NCBI RefSeq assembly: GCF_963921235.1
Contig: NC_086108.1
Coordinates: 4,154,001 to 4,218,000, forward strand
Origin: Mobula hypostoma
Lineage: Eukaryota
Reading direction: 5' to 3'
Length of the DNA: 64,000 nt
Part shown: positions 11,763-24,500 of the stretch, piece by piece
Layout: each line of letters begins with the position of its first letter
Position numbering within the stretch: the stretch's first letter is position 1
Translations under genes and position numbers: made by a program
The notes under the pieces: model-generated
What the model was told of the DNA's origin: nothing
Database searches by the model: none
What the model saw: only the letters and a program-made list of their open reading frames with translations

Positions 11763-13873
11763 GTACACAACATCAACTGATTCTCCTTTGTCTATCCTGC
11801 TTGTTATTTCTTCAAAGAATTCCACAGATCTGTCCGGCAAGATTTTCCCTCGAGGAAACCATGCTGTCTACGGCCTATTTTATCATGTGCCTCCAAGTAC
11901 CCTGAGAACTCATACTTAATAATCGACTCCAACATCTTCCCAACCACTGAGGCCAGACTAGCTGGCCTATAGTTTCCTTTCTTCTGCCTCTCTCCCTTCT
12001 TGAAGAGTGGAATGACACTTGCAATTCCAGAATCTAGCTATTCTTTACTCATTTTTACTAATGTCTCCGCGATCTCTTCAGCCAGTCCTTTCAGAACCCT
12101 GGAGTGTACACCATCTGGTCCAGGTGACTTGTCTACCTTCAGACCTTTCAGTTTCCCAAGAACCTTCTCTCTAGTAATGGTAACTTCACACACTTCATGC
12201 CCCTGACACCTGGAACTTCCACCAAACTGATGCAAAATACTTATACAATTTGCCCACTATGGCCTTGTCCCCTACTACCACCTGTTCAGCATCGTTTTCC
12301 AGTGGTCTAATATTCACTCTTGCCTCTCTTTTACCACTTATGTATCTGAAAAAACTTTTGGTATCCTCTTTAATATTAATAGTTAGCTTACTTTCATATT
12401 CCACATTTACCTTCTTAATGACTTTTTTTTTTAGTTGCCTTAAATTGGTTTTCAAAAGCTTCCCAATCCTCTAACTTCCCACTAATTTTTGCTCTGTTAT
12501 ATGCCCTATTTTTGGCTTTTATGTTGGCTTTGACTACTCTGGTTAGCCACAGAATGTACATATCCTGTGCCTTCTGAATTGTTTCCAGAAATTCCAGCCG
12601 TTGCTGCTCTGCCGTCAACACCGCCAGTGTTCTTTTCCAATCAATTTTGGCCAGCTCCTCTCTCATGCCTCTGTAATTCCCTTTTACTTCACTCTAATAC
12701 TGATACATCTGACTTCAGCATTTTCTTCTCCTCAAGTTTCAGGGTGAATTGGATCATATTATGATCACTTTCCCCTCTGGGTTCTTTTACCTTAAGCCCT
12801 CTAATCAATTCTGGCTCATTGCACAACACCCAGTCCAGAACAGCTGATCCCTAGTGGGCTCAACAGACAGCTGTTCTAAAAAGCTAGTTTGTAGACACTA
12901 CAAATTTCTCCACCTGTAATCCAGCACCAACCTGATTTTCCCAATCTACCTACACATTTGAACTGCCCCATGACTACTGTAACATTGTCCTTTTGGCATG
13001 CATTTTCTATCTCCCATTGTAATTTGTAGACCACATCCTTGCTACTGTTTGGGAGTCTGTATCCAACTTTCCTCAGGGTCTTTTTATCCTTGCAGTTCCT
13101 TAGCTCTATTGACAACGATTCAATGCCTTCTAACCCTATGTCACCTCTTTCTAGTGATTTGATTTCACTTATCAGCAACGGGACAACGCCGCCCCCTCTG
13201 CCTTCCTGCCTGTCTTTTCAACACAATCTGTATCCTTGGACATTAAGCTCCCAGTGATTCGGCTATAAGCCATGATTCAGTGATGTCTACAACATCATAC
13301 CTGCCAGTCTTTAACAGTGCTACAAGTTCATCTACCTTGTTCTGTCTACTGTGCACATTCAGATACAACACTTCAGTCCTGTATTCACCCTTTCTGATTT
13401 TGTCCGTCTTCTACGTCGGAACTCGTCTTGTTGACTGCAGTTTTGCCCCATCAACAGCCTGTTTTCACTACACCTTGCCTCCGTTTGTAAACCAGCTACC
13501 TCATCTTCAGCACTTACCTATGCAACAGGCATCCGCCGTTCCTATGATGCCTGTTGCATTGAAACACTGGCAGCTCAGGACACTAGTCGCACCAAGCTCA
13601 ACCTTTTGATTTCTACATGGACCGTGACTTCCGGCTGTTCACTGTTCCACTTAAGAATGCTGAGGACTCGATCCGAGATATCCCGGACCCTACCATCCGG
13701 GAATCTCATTATCGCCCACCGAACCTCCTGTCTGTTCCCCTAACTAACGAATCCCCTGTCACCACAGCGTGCTCCTTCTCACCCCTTCCCTTCTGAGTCA
13801 CAGAGGCAGACTCGGTGCCAGAGACTCTCCCAATGCAACTTTCCTCTGTAGGTTATCCAAAGTGATACATCTG

Positions 13874-14390
13874 CAGACATCCCACCCTGCAAAAACTCAT
13901 TTCAGGGAGGTAAAACCATCAATTTGCGGGAGACTTCCGGGAGAGGTGGGATGTCTGCAATAGAGTAGCTCCTTAGCAGCCAGCCAGCTAGTTTAAATAA
14001 CGTTAGCTATGCTAATGAACGAATGACACCTGTTAAACTCACCTCAACATGTCTTTTACAGTCTTTACCCACCATGGGCAATAGAAAAGTCACTGTTGCA
14101 AACAGTGCAGCGAGCAACACTGTCATTATTTTGACCCCTATTAAGCAGGGGTACACTTTAGTGTAGTCTGGGGTGACGTACGTTTTATATTTTCTTTTTT
14201 CTGGAACACTCTGCCATGGCGCGCTCTCTCTCTCTCTCTCTCTCTCTCTTGCTCGCGCGCTCTCTCGCTTTCTCATGCTCGCTCTCAAAAAAATTGATTT
14301 CCGTGATATTGTATATAATTTGCAGGCATCAGGGAGCCACTATTCATATGCGGGAGACTCCCGGAACTTCCGGGAGAGGTGGGATGTCTG
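13874..14390. mobile_element. 517-bp MITE (copy 1) with 13-bp TIRs and a 6-bp TSD
   Basis: CAGACATCCCACC ... GGTGGGATGTCTG; CATCTG at 13868-13873 and 14391-14396; a homologous inverted copy lies at 44505-45021. Confidence 0.9.
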
Positions 14391-16644
14391 CATCTGTTGT
14401 TGAGTGGGATGATCACAGAGATGCTCTGCAATGGCTCCTTAACCCCGTTCCCCTTCCTGACTGTCACCCAGTTTCGTGTGTCCTGCATCTTGGGTGTAAC
14501 TACCTCTCGATGTGTCCTGTCTATCATCCCCTTCAGCCTCCAATGATCTGGAGTTCATCCAGTTCCAGCTCCAACTCCTTAATGTGGATTGTTAGAAGCT
14601 GCAGATTAATGCACTTCTCACCGTTGTAGTTGTCAGAGACACTGAAGGTCTCTCCACCTTCCCACATCCCCCAAGAGGAGCATTCCACTATCCTGCCTGG
14701 CATCTCCACTGTCCAAGCTGAGCAGATATAAAGAAAAGGAAAAAAAACTTGAGTTTTTCCTTCCTTTGCTTTCTCTGAGTGAAGCCTCTCTTGACTGAAG
14801 CCTCGAAGATCCAAAGCCTCAAGATGACCACTCTAACTCTGTCCACTCAGATGATGGCCACTGCACTTGCCCCTGCCTTCCTTTAACTTGCTCTTGCTAA
14901 TCAATCCCAAACACTGACTGGCCGCTGGGCAAGGCTCTGTTACGCTGCCGCGAACTGTTCCTGCCTTTTATCCTTGAGCAGTGGCCCTGATTGTAGTCCC
15001 CTCCTCTCCAAACCTCCGGATTGTCCGGATTGGGCACTGGTCAAAGCTCTATTACGCAGGTACGTAAGGGTGAAAGGTGAAATGTTTAAGGGAACCCGAG
15101 GGGGCAACTTCTTCACTCAGAGGTTGCTGCAGGTGTGGAAGGAGCTGCCAGAGGATGTGGGTTTAAGAGCCCCTTCTTCCCCTTTCCCATTCCCCGTTCT
15201 GGCTCCCCTCTTACTGGAAGGGGAGGGGTACAGAGGGCTACTGGCCGGGGCAAGTTGATGGGACTAGGCAGAATAACAGTTTGGCATGGCCCAGATGGGT
15301 CGAACTACCTGTTTCTGTCCTGGAGTATTCTACAATTCAAAGTTTGGAGTTTATATGTGGGAAGTATTGTCACATTTGTACTGCCAGAGCCCACTCTCCT
15401 CCTCCCCCCCCCCCGTATCGGACAGCGATGCAGCCAGTTAGAGTGTTCCCCACGGTATACAATACCTATAAAAACATTCATCCTCCCCTTGGAGGTTTTC
15501 ATGTTTTATCGTTTAGCCACATTGGATTACAGTGAATTTTATTTGTTTTTTTGACATTGATCAACAGAAAAGACTCTTGTGCAAACAAATTTCTATAAAT
15601 TGGTCTAAATTTATTACACATATAAAACACAAAATAACTGATTGCATAATTACTCACCCCATTCAAGTCAGTATTTAGTAGACGCACCTTTGGCAGCAAT
15701 TACAGTCTCGAGTCTGTGTGGTCAGGTCTCTATCAGCTTTGCACATCTGGACACTGCAATTTTTCCCCATTCTTCTTTACAAAACTTTTCAATCTGTCAG
15801 TTTGCATGGGGATTGTGAGTGAACAGCCCTTTTCAAGTCCAGCCACAAATTCTCAGTTGGATTGAGGTCTGGTCTCTGACTTGGCCACTCCAGGACATTA
15901 ACTTTGTTGTTTTTAAGCCATTCCTGAGTAGCTTTGGCTTTATGCTTGGGGTCATTGTCTTGCTTGAAAACAAACCTTGTCCCAAGTCACAGCTCTCTTA
16001 CAGACCACATCAGGTTTTCTTCAGGATTTCCCTGTATTTTGCTGCATTCATTTTACCCTCTACCTTCACAAGCCTTCCAGGGCCCGCTGCAGTGAAGCAT
16101 CCCCACAGAATGATGCAGCCACCACCATGCTTCATGGTAGGGATGGTGTGTTTTTGATGATGTGTGGTATTTGGCTTACACCAAATATAGTGTTTAGTCT
16201 GATGGCCAAAAAGCTCAATTTAGGTTTCATCGGACCACCAAACCTTCTTCCAGCTGACTTCGGAGTCTCCCACATGCCTTCTGGCAAACTTCAGCCGAGA
16301 TTTCATGTGAAATTTTTTTCCAACAGAGGCTTTCTCTTTGCCACTCTCCCATAAAGCTGTGACTGGTGAAGCACCCAGGCAACAGTTGTATGTGCAGTCT
16401 CTCCCATCTCAGCCACTGAAGCTTGTAACTCCTCCAGAGATGTTACAGGTCTCTTGGTGGCCTCCCTCACTAGTCCCCTTCTTGCACGGTCACTCAGTTT
16501 TTGAGGACGGCCTGCTCTAGGCAGATTTACAGCTGTGCCATATTCTTTCCATCTCTTGATGATTGACTTAACTGTACTCCAAGAATCAGAATCAGGTTTA
16601 TTATCACCAGCATGTGACGTGAAATTTGTTAACTTAGCAGCAGT

Positions 16645-17397
16645 TCACCAGTCAGGGCCCCAAACAGTCCTTCCAGGTGAGGCATCACTTCACCTGTGAG
16701 TCGACTGGGGTGATATACTGCGTCCAGTGCTCCCGATGTGGCCTTTTATATACTGGCGAGACCCGACGCAGACTGGGAGACCGCTTTGCTGAACATCTAT
16801 GCTCTGTCCGCCAGAGAAAGCAGGATCTCTCAGTGGCCACACATTTTAATTCCACATCCCATTCCCATTCTGACATGTCTATCCACGGCCTCCTCTACTG
16901 TAAAGATGAAGCCACACTCAGGTTGGAGGAACAACACCTTATATTCCGTCTGGGTAGCCTCCAACCTGATGGCATGACATCGACTTCTCTAACTTCTGCT
17001 AATGCCCCACCTCCCCCTCGTACCCCATCTGTTACTCATTTTTATGCACACATTCTTTCTCTCACTCTCCTTTTTCTCCCTCTGTCCCTCTGAATATACC
17101 TCTTGCCCATCCTCTGGGTTCCCCCGCACCCCCCTTGTCTTTCTTCCCGGACCTCCTGTCCCATGATCCTCTCGTATCCCCTTCTGCCTATCACCTGTCC
17201 AGCTCTTGGCTCCATCCCTCCCCCTCCTGTCTTCTCCTATCATTTTGCATCTCCCCCTCCCCCTCCAACTTTCAAATCCCTTACTCACTCTTCCTTCAGT
17301 TAGTCCTGACGAAGGGTCTCGGCCTGAAACGTCGACTGCACCTCTTCCTATAGACGCTGCCTGGCCTGCTGCGTTCACCAGCAACTTTGATGTGTGT
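16645..17397 (+). mobile_element. Penelope-like element 3' fragment (GIY-YIG endonuclease plus pLTR)
   Basis: ORF 16677-: FTCESTGVIYCVQCSRCGLLYTGETRRRLGDRFAEH...VATHFN...EQHLIFRLGSLQPDGM is a PLE GIY-YIG domain. Confidence 0.9.
17302..17337 (+). ncRNA. minimal type-I hammerhead ribozyme motif (PLE pLTR)
   Basis: AGTC-CTGACGA-A-GGGT/CTCG/GCCT-GAAAC-GTC-GACT: stem I AGUC/GACU, intact core boxes, palindromic ACGU stem III, predicted cut after 17333. Confidence 0.75.
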
Positions 17398-18341
17398 ATT
17401 AAATGCTGAGCTATAGTCGATGAACAGCACCCTGATGTAGGTGTTTGTGTTGTCCAGGTGGTCTAAAACCGTGTGGAGAGCTATTGAGATTGCATCTGCC
17501 ATTGACCTATTGTGGCGGTAGGCAAATTGCAGTGGGTCCAGGTCCTTGCTAAGGCAGGAGTTCAGTCTAGTCATGACCAACCTCTCAAAGTATTTCAGCA
17601 CTGTCGATGTGAGTGCTACCGGGCGATGGCCTTTCTAAAAGGTGTTGAGTTCATCTAGTATGAAGCATCACTGCCATTCATGCTATTGGGTTTCGCTTTG
17701 TGGGAAGTAATGTCTTACAGACCCTGCCAGAGTTGTCATGCATCCGATGTTGCTTCCAACCTTGTTCAAAATTGTCTCTTCGCCCTTGAGATATCCCTCC
17801 ACAAATCATATCTGGTTTTCTGATACAGGCGTAGGTCGCCAGCCTTGAATGCCACAGATCTGGCCTTCAGCAGACGATGTACCTCCTGGTTCATCCATGG
17901 CTTTTGGTCTGGGAATGTACAGCAAGTCTTTGTGGGCACACACTCATCCACACAGGTTTTAATGAAGTCGGTAACAACTGCAGCATACTCACCCAGGTTC
18001 GAAGATGAATCCCTTAATACAGTCCATTCCACTGATACAAAGCCTGTAGGCTCCTGTGCTTCCCTTGTCCAAACCTTCTTGGTCCTCACTGCTGGTGCTG
18101 CAGTCTTCAGTCTCTGCCTATACTCAGGGAGTAGAAGTACAGCCAGGTGATCAGACTTCCCGAAGTGAGGGCGTAGAATAGCACGTACGCATTCTTGATA
18201 TTCAGTAACTTGGGAAATTTTCTTTTATCTATCTCCTGACTTGTGCTTTTCAATAACCTTTTCACAGAATTGCTTAGAATGTTCTTCTGTCTTCATGGTT
18301 TAGTTTTTACCAGGGTACTGGCTCGCCAGCAGCTGGACCTT

Positions 18342-21300
18342 TTTCTTGTTCTGACTTTTAATGGCGGTTGGCAGTCTAACTTAAAGGTGCATTACCACTG
18401 CCAACTGGACTGGAGTGTTGTGTAGAGTTGGGAAATAAAACCCCTACTAGTTCTTTATCAACTGAAAACTAAATTACCCCAAAAAGCCCTATAGATTTTA
18501 AGTAACGAAGGACAATATTGTGAATTAAATTAAAGTCACTTCCATAACTTAAAAGTTTTTAAGTGAAAACTGTCGACCCCCAAAGATAGTAGTGCAGCCT
18601 GCGTTTGCTTTCTCTCAGCCTTGTATGCTTCACTTTGTTAAAGAATCTGTTCAACTGTTTGATAATGATGCCAGCTCCTGCGCACCCCAGAGTGATGTTT
18701 ACCAACGGGATACAAGGAATAATTAAGCATAGGATGCCCAATTCTGTCGAGTCAATATAGTTCCCTCCCTTCTTGTCTTACCCCCTTCTCCCGTCAATCC
18801 AGCAGTTTGATGTGTTCTGTAAAGGTGTCTCACCTTATGCCCATTATCTCACAGCTCTTGCCGTAATCCCCTAACTCGTAGCCCCACCAACCCCTTAGCT
18901 TCAGATTTGCTAAGTGGAAGGTCTATTTCCACAGATGAACTTTCAACAGCCTTTTTGGCCAAACAAGCAACCTGCTCATTCCCCTCAACATCTCTGTGTG
19001 CAGGATCCTGTAAGATCCTGTAAGAAGGAAATGCTTAGACCAATATTTTGAATATGAAATAAGGATTGAAGAGCTTCCAGCAGTAAATCTGACCTACTGC
19101 TATAATGACCTGTTTTAAGACTAGTCAAAACAGAAAAAAATCTGAACAAATTATAACTTTGCAAGGACCGATTTCCTCTACCCACTGTCAGCCCAAAATG
19201 GCAGCAACCAGCTCTACAGTATTCACTGATGAGTAGTTAGTAAGACATTTCTTTATCGTTACCTGTAATTCAGGCACAAAAACAGTCACACCAACATTTT
19301 CCGTTAAACTATCTCTTTATCCATCAGTGAAAATGGGTAACATATCACAATAATTCTCCTTAACACGATCCTTGGATTTCATTAAATCATGCAATTTAAA
19401 ATCACCTAAAGCCATTGGAAAAAAACCACAATGGGGTTACCAAAAAAGCTACAAAACGGGACAAATTACATAATCCAACAACCCCATATTCCTAGTGTGA
19501 TGAGAACCCAGCCACCCAGAACTAAAAACACTCTTCTTGTGATGTTCCCAACAGTCTGGCAACACACTTTTAACAGGGTGATCATTCCTCTGCCCCCCTC
19601 AAGTTAACCCAGTATGTTGACAACAACTTCATCCTCTGCAACTGTAAGGGTAATTGTCCCATTTCAACTAGTAAAGCTGAAACAGGAGATGACCTTACAG
19701 CACCACAACACAGTCTCAAAGTCTGAGCTTGTATCACATACAAACATTTTAAATTTGAAGATGAAGTTGATCCAGAAACCACACAGCCTTAATCAAGTAA
19801 GAATCTAATTAAACAAATATAGAAAGTTAATAGAGATTTTCGTGTAGCACCCCAAGAATTACCCACATAGACACCCAAGGATATTCAAAACCCTTTTACA
19901 TTTGTCAATTATCTTACTGATACGGTGCTCCCATTGTCAGCTTTTTATCCAGCCACGTGCCAAGAAATCTTACCACTGACACTCCTCCAAGAGTTTGACT
20001 ATTTAATTTCAAATTGAGCGCAGGCTTATAGATCCTCTTTGTAAAACATATAGCTTGTGTTTTAGCTACCGAAAGCTTAAAACCCCATTTATTTGCCAAC
20101 TGTTTGACCTTATTAATTGCTAATTGCATCCTGTATACAGTTAAATTGATATTTTTCCCTCTGATCCATAAAGCTCCATCACCTGCAGAAAGTGATTTAC
20201 CCACCCCAGTACCTATCTTGGAGAAAATACCATTCATATATTATCAAACAATAAAGGGCTGCAAACATTGTCCTGTAGAGTCCCATTCTCTGTCTCATAG
20301 AAGCCCGAATATACCTTGCCTACAGAGATTGTCCAAATAAGAAACTCACAAATTATGTAGCCTTCCTCTCACTCCTAATTTCCATAATTTAGTCAAAAGA
20401 CCCTCCCGCCATAATATATCATATGCTTTTTCTGTATCAAAAAATACTATTACAACTTCTTCATTTACCTGCACTTTCCTAATATCATCTTCCAAACATA
20501 AAACTGAATCCAATATCATTCTACCCTTCCAAAATCCACTCTGATAAAACACTGTTTCACCTCTCATTTTCCAAAATATAATTCAACCGCTCTATTACCA
20601 TACATTCCATAAGTTCACACAAATGGGACGTTAGTGATATTAATGGGCCTTTTCCAGGTTTTACAATGGGTACTACTCTGCTGCCATTTTCCATAAGGAG
20701 GAAAGATGGCCCAAATTCCAAATATGTTTCAGGAATTTTAATATTATCTTAAGAGAGCTGTCAGCCATGTGTTTAAACATGCAATAACATATATCATCCT
20801 TTCCTGGAGCCGTCTGACCTGTACTATTAATAGCTTTCATAAATTCACACAAAGAAAACTCTGCATCACTAATACTATCACTGCTACACCTGGCTCCCAA
20901 CACATCAGGGTGTTCACTTAGAACCCTTCAGCTTCTGCACTTAAATGAATTGCAGCAAATGACGAGGTCAGTAACTTAACCTTCTCTGTTTCAGTAACAA
21001 TAGTATTACCTTCTTTAATCAACACTGGAATGTTATTAGCCCTGTGAATCACACCCCACCCCATTTTTTAAAATCATTTCCCAAACATCTCCAAGTTTAA
21101 TACCCCTTCCAATACAATCACCGTATGACCTCCAGTAAACCTTTTTTTACAAACTTCGCTACTTTCCTCACTTGCCTGTACTCTTTTAACTTAATAAGTT
21201 CACTCGGAAGTCATACCTATTAACTCTCCTAAATGTCTTATTTCTCTCCCTATTGCCTCTGCACACTCCTCAGTCCAGCATGGTACAGCCTTTATCCTAC

Positions 21301-23375
21301 TAATTCTCTTTTTAATAGGAATCACTTCCACCACAGTTTGATGAATAACATGACACAACCTTTCATTGCAGAAATCCGCATCATCCTCAACATTCAGCCC
21401 AGATGTTCATCACAAAGAACCTTAACCTCTCCCAATTTGCTTTACCAAAATTCCACGTCCTGAAAGTGGCCTCCTGTCCCCGACATAAATGCAAACCCAA
21501 GCTTATAAGTATAGGAAAATAATCACTTCCCAGTGTTTCAGCTCCCATGACATCCCACTCCCTCACTCCAGCCAGAATGTTCGAAACTAAAGTTAAATCT
21601 ATATAGCAGTTTCAGAACTATTATGAACGTTAAACCTCGTAACCCCCTCCATCATAAGACACATAAGATGTGAAATATTTAAAAATTCTTCTACAATCAA
21701 ACCATTATCATCATTCTGTGAACAACCCCACAATGAACTCTGTGCATTAAAATCCCCACGCAACACTTAGTGAGCTAGAGCTAAATATACTTTCCAGCAA
21801 ATCAATCGAAAGCTTTTCACAGGGGTTATATAAAAGAAATTACCACTTTAATACCCCTATCTGTTGAATCAACTACTTCTACTGCCAGTGCCTCCTATAT
21901 TTCATTTACATCCATAACTCTATGTCCTATCCCTTTCCTTATAAAACTTACAACACCACCCCCTCTACCAACTAATCTATCACACCTAATTACAATATAA
22001 TCCTGCAAAGAAAAACTTAAGTGTGGTAAAAACCACATTTCCTGAATACGTATAATATCAGATGGATTTGATAAATCAGAAACAAACTTCTTAAAGTCTT
22101 GGCCATTGGAAATCAGGCTTCTCGCATTCCACTGCAATATTCTTATGCACATTCTGTACCTTCAGAAGAAGACTGAAATACAGATACCCCACCCTTCAGA
22201 GTTTCATTTGCAGCTTCCCACGTTACACCAGATATACCCAGATGCTTTTCAGTAACCTTCACAGTAATTTTAATTTTAATTTACATCTAGATGCCTGAGA
22301 GCAGTACAATTCACCGCATCAGTTATGGATATCACAAACATCATTTTTTCAAATAGTAACTGTATCTTTAGTAAGAGGAGTGTGATGCCAACATATACCT
22401 TCTGACACCACAGTCTGTTCTCTGACTGGTAATACTTTATCAGTGTTTGGTTTAACTTTTTGCACAGCCTCTGCATAAGACACACCCAACTGTACTTTAA
22501 CCTTTGAACTTCAGCTACTTTTTAAGCCCTCTATAAGCTGCACTATGTTCTCCTCCACAGTTACAACATTTAAACTTGATGCCTACACAATCTTCATATT
22601 TATGTTCCCAACCACACTGACTACATCTTAGTTTCCCCCGACATAGTGCCACAACGTGCCCGAACCTCTGACATTTGTAACATTTAAGTGGGGATGGAAT
22701 ATAAGCTCGAACGTTATAACTAACACACCCCAAACTAACGTGATCAGGGAGCTTCACTTCATCAGAACATAACAAGATAGATAAACTGTCCATCCCTTCC
22801 CCGTTTCTGACAACTTACAATCCCTTTACCTCCTTAACCTTGCCTCCCAGTAAATGAGATCTCCACCATAACAGCCGTTATAACACTCCTAATACCTCTA
22901 TTATCATTAGGCAAAATAGGTACTATCTTTTTGCCAAGTAAGGTCTTTGATCATAATGACTCCTCAAACTGCTTTTTAATCCTTACACACAATTAACACC
23001 TTCCCTCCTTTTAAAGTACGAGCACAATCTATATTCCCTATAGCCCCTTTAGCTCTATAGTTAATTTAATGGGATCGATGGAGGGCGGCTAGTCTGGGAC
23101 AAATTTAAACAATACCTTGAAGTCTTCTTTCCTTTTTTTTCAAAATATCCATCCCTTCCTCTCCATCACTGGAAATCATTCCAATATTATGTTTCTTTTT
23201 CCGTTTTCCAGATCTGGATTCAACTTCCTTCCAGCCTCCTCTCGACAACCGGCCCACACCCGAACCCTCCATTTCCCGTTGCTTTTCCAGATCTCCCCCC
23301 CCCCACCACCTGACCCTACACTGTTTCCCAACATCCCCACACCATTCACAGCCAGCACCGCCAACCGCCTCATCT
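18342..23375 (-). mobile_element. near-full-length decayed I-group (Nimb-like) LINE: gag-like ORF1, ORF2 APE-RT-RNase H
   Basis: Three zinc knuckles (CYKCQRFGH..CSQCGWEH..CCNCGGEH, 22515-22793), RILQWNARSL (21895-22152), TAPGKDDI, VFFDTEKAYD, AQTLRLCCGA, IFTDG near 19320-19335. TSD CAGCAGCTGGACCTT (18327-18341) / CAGTAGTTGGACCTT (23376-23390). Confidence 0.85.
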
Positions 23376-23934
23376 CAGTAGTTGGACCTTCCAGATACAG
23401 GTGTATTTTTACCACAATCAATTGAAACACCTTGACTGCACACAGTGATCTCTGTTTAACTAATTATGTGACTTCTGAAACCAATTGGCTGCACCGGTCA
23501 TGACTTGGGTCATATTACAGGGGGTGAATACTTATGTAATGAATAATTTGTGTTTTATGTTTGTAATTAATTTAGATCGCTTTGTAGAGATCTTTTTCAC
23601 CCTGACACAAGAGTCTTTTTCTGACGATCAGTGTCAATAAAAAGCCAAGTTAAATTCATCGTGATTCAATATTGTAAAACAATAAAACATGTAAACTTCC
23701 AAGTTGGGGTGAGTACTTCTTATAGGCACGGTATCTGTAGAAATCTGTGAGTGTTTTTGGTGATATACTGGATCTCCTCAAACTTCAAATGAAATATACC
23801 CGCTGTCTTGTCTTCTTTACGGCTGCATTGATACGTTCAGGTTAGGTCCCAAGAGATATCGACACTCAGGAACTTGTAGTTGCTCATTCTCTCCACTTCT
23901 GATCCCTCTATGGTGTGATCCCACTTGTGTCTGA

Positions 23935-24300
23935 AGATTTGACATGACATCTAAAACTGTGGGTGTGTAGTTGAGAGTATATTGACTGGCTGCATCACGG
24001 CCTGGTGTGGTTTTGAACAGAAAATCCTCCAGAGGGTAGTGGATATGGCCAAGTGCCTCATGGGTAAAACCCTCCCACCCCCGCCACTGTTGAACACATC
24101 TACATGAAACTCTGTTGCAGGAAAGCAGCATCCGTCATCAGAGATCCCCACCATCCAGGCCATGCTCTCTGCTTGCTGCTGCCATCAGGAAGAAGGTACA
24201 GGAGCCTCAGGTCCCACACCACCAGGTTCAGGAACAGTTATTACCCCACAACCATCAGGCTCCTGAACCAGTGTGGATAACTTCACTCACCACAATGAGC
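23935..24300 (+). mobile_element. Rex1/Babar-like LINE 3' fragment that seeds the 95-bp repeat
   Basis: ESILTGCITAW...RKAASVIRDPHHPGHALCLLLPSGRRYRSLRSHTTRFRNSYYP. Confidence 0.8.
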
Positions 24301-24500
24301 CTCAGGTCCCACACCACCAGGTTCAGGAACAGTTATTACCCCACAACCATCAGGCTCCTGAACCAGTGTGGATAACTTCACTCACCACAATGAGCCTCAG
24401 GTCCCACACCACCAGGTTCAGGAACAGTTATTACCCCACAACCATCAGGCTCCTGAACCAGTGTGGATAACTTCACTCACCACAATGAGCCTCAGGTCCC
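24208..24500 (+). repeat. 95-bp tandem repeat, 3 identical copies
   Basis: Unit starts at 24208, 24303, 24398 and (partial) 24493. Confidence 0.95.

Larger units (their letters stand above)
10505..15064 (-). mobile_element. near-full-length decayed CR1 LINE (5' UTR, ORF1, ORF2 endonuclease and RT, 3' UTR), internally deleted and carrying two insertions
   Basis: Ordered fragments: ORF1 (VECSSWGMWE...LQLLTIHIKELELELDEL; NWVTVRKG), EN (IESLSIELRNCK..GYRLPNSS), KSPGPDGVHSRVLK, DVVYLDFQKAFDKVPH, KFADDMKIGG, then the 3' UTR at ~10510-10700. Confidence 0.88.
16584..18196 (-). mobile_element. Rex1/Babar-like LINE fragment inside the Tc1
   Basis: (AGAATC)n tail at 16584; [34 protein letters not shown] (17296-17601) and FPDQKPWMN (17766-18089). 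Confidence 0.85.
15460..23731 (-). mobile_element. IR-DR-type Tc1 transposon, interrupted; Tc1 segments are ~15460-16583, ~18197-18341 and 23376-23731
   Basis: ~200-bp degenerate TIRs (CAATACCTATAAAAACATTCA.. / ..TGAGTACTTCTTATAGGCACGG) with TA at both ends. Minus-strand transposase motifs [13 protein letters not shown] and FCKEEWGKIAVSRCAKLIET. Inserted in a Rex-like fragment (~15360-15459 plus 23732-23912). Confidence 0.85.
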
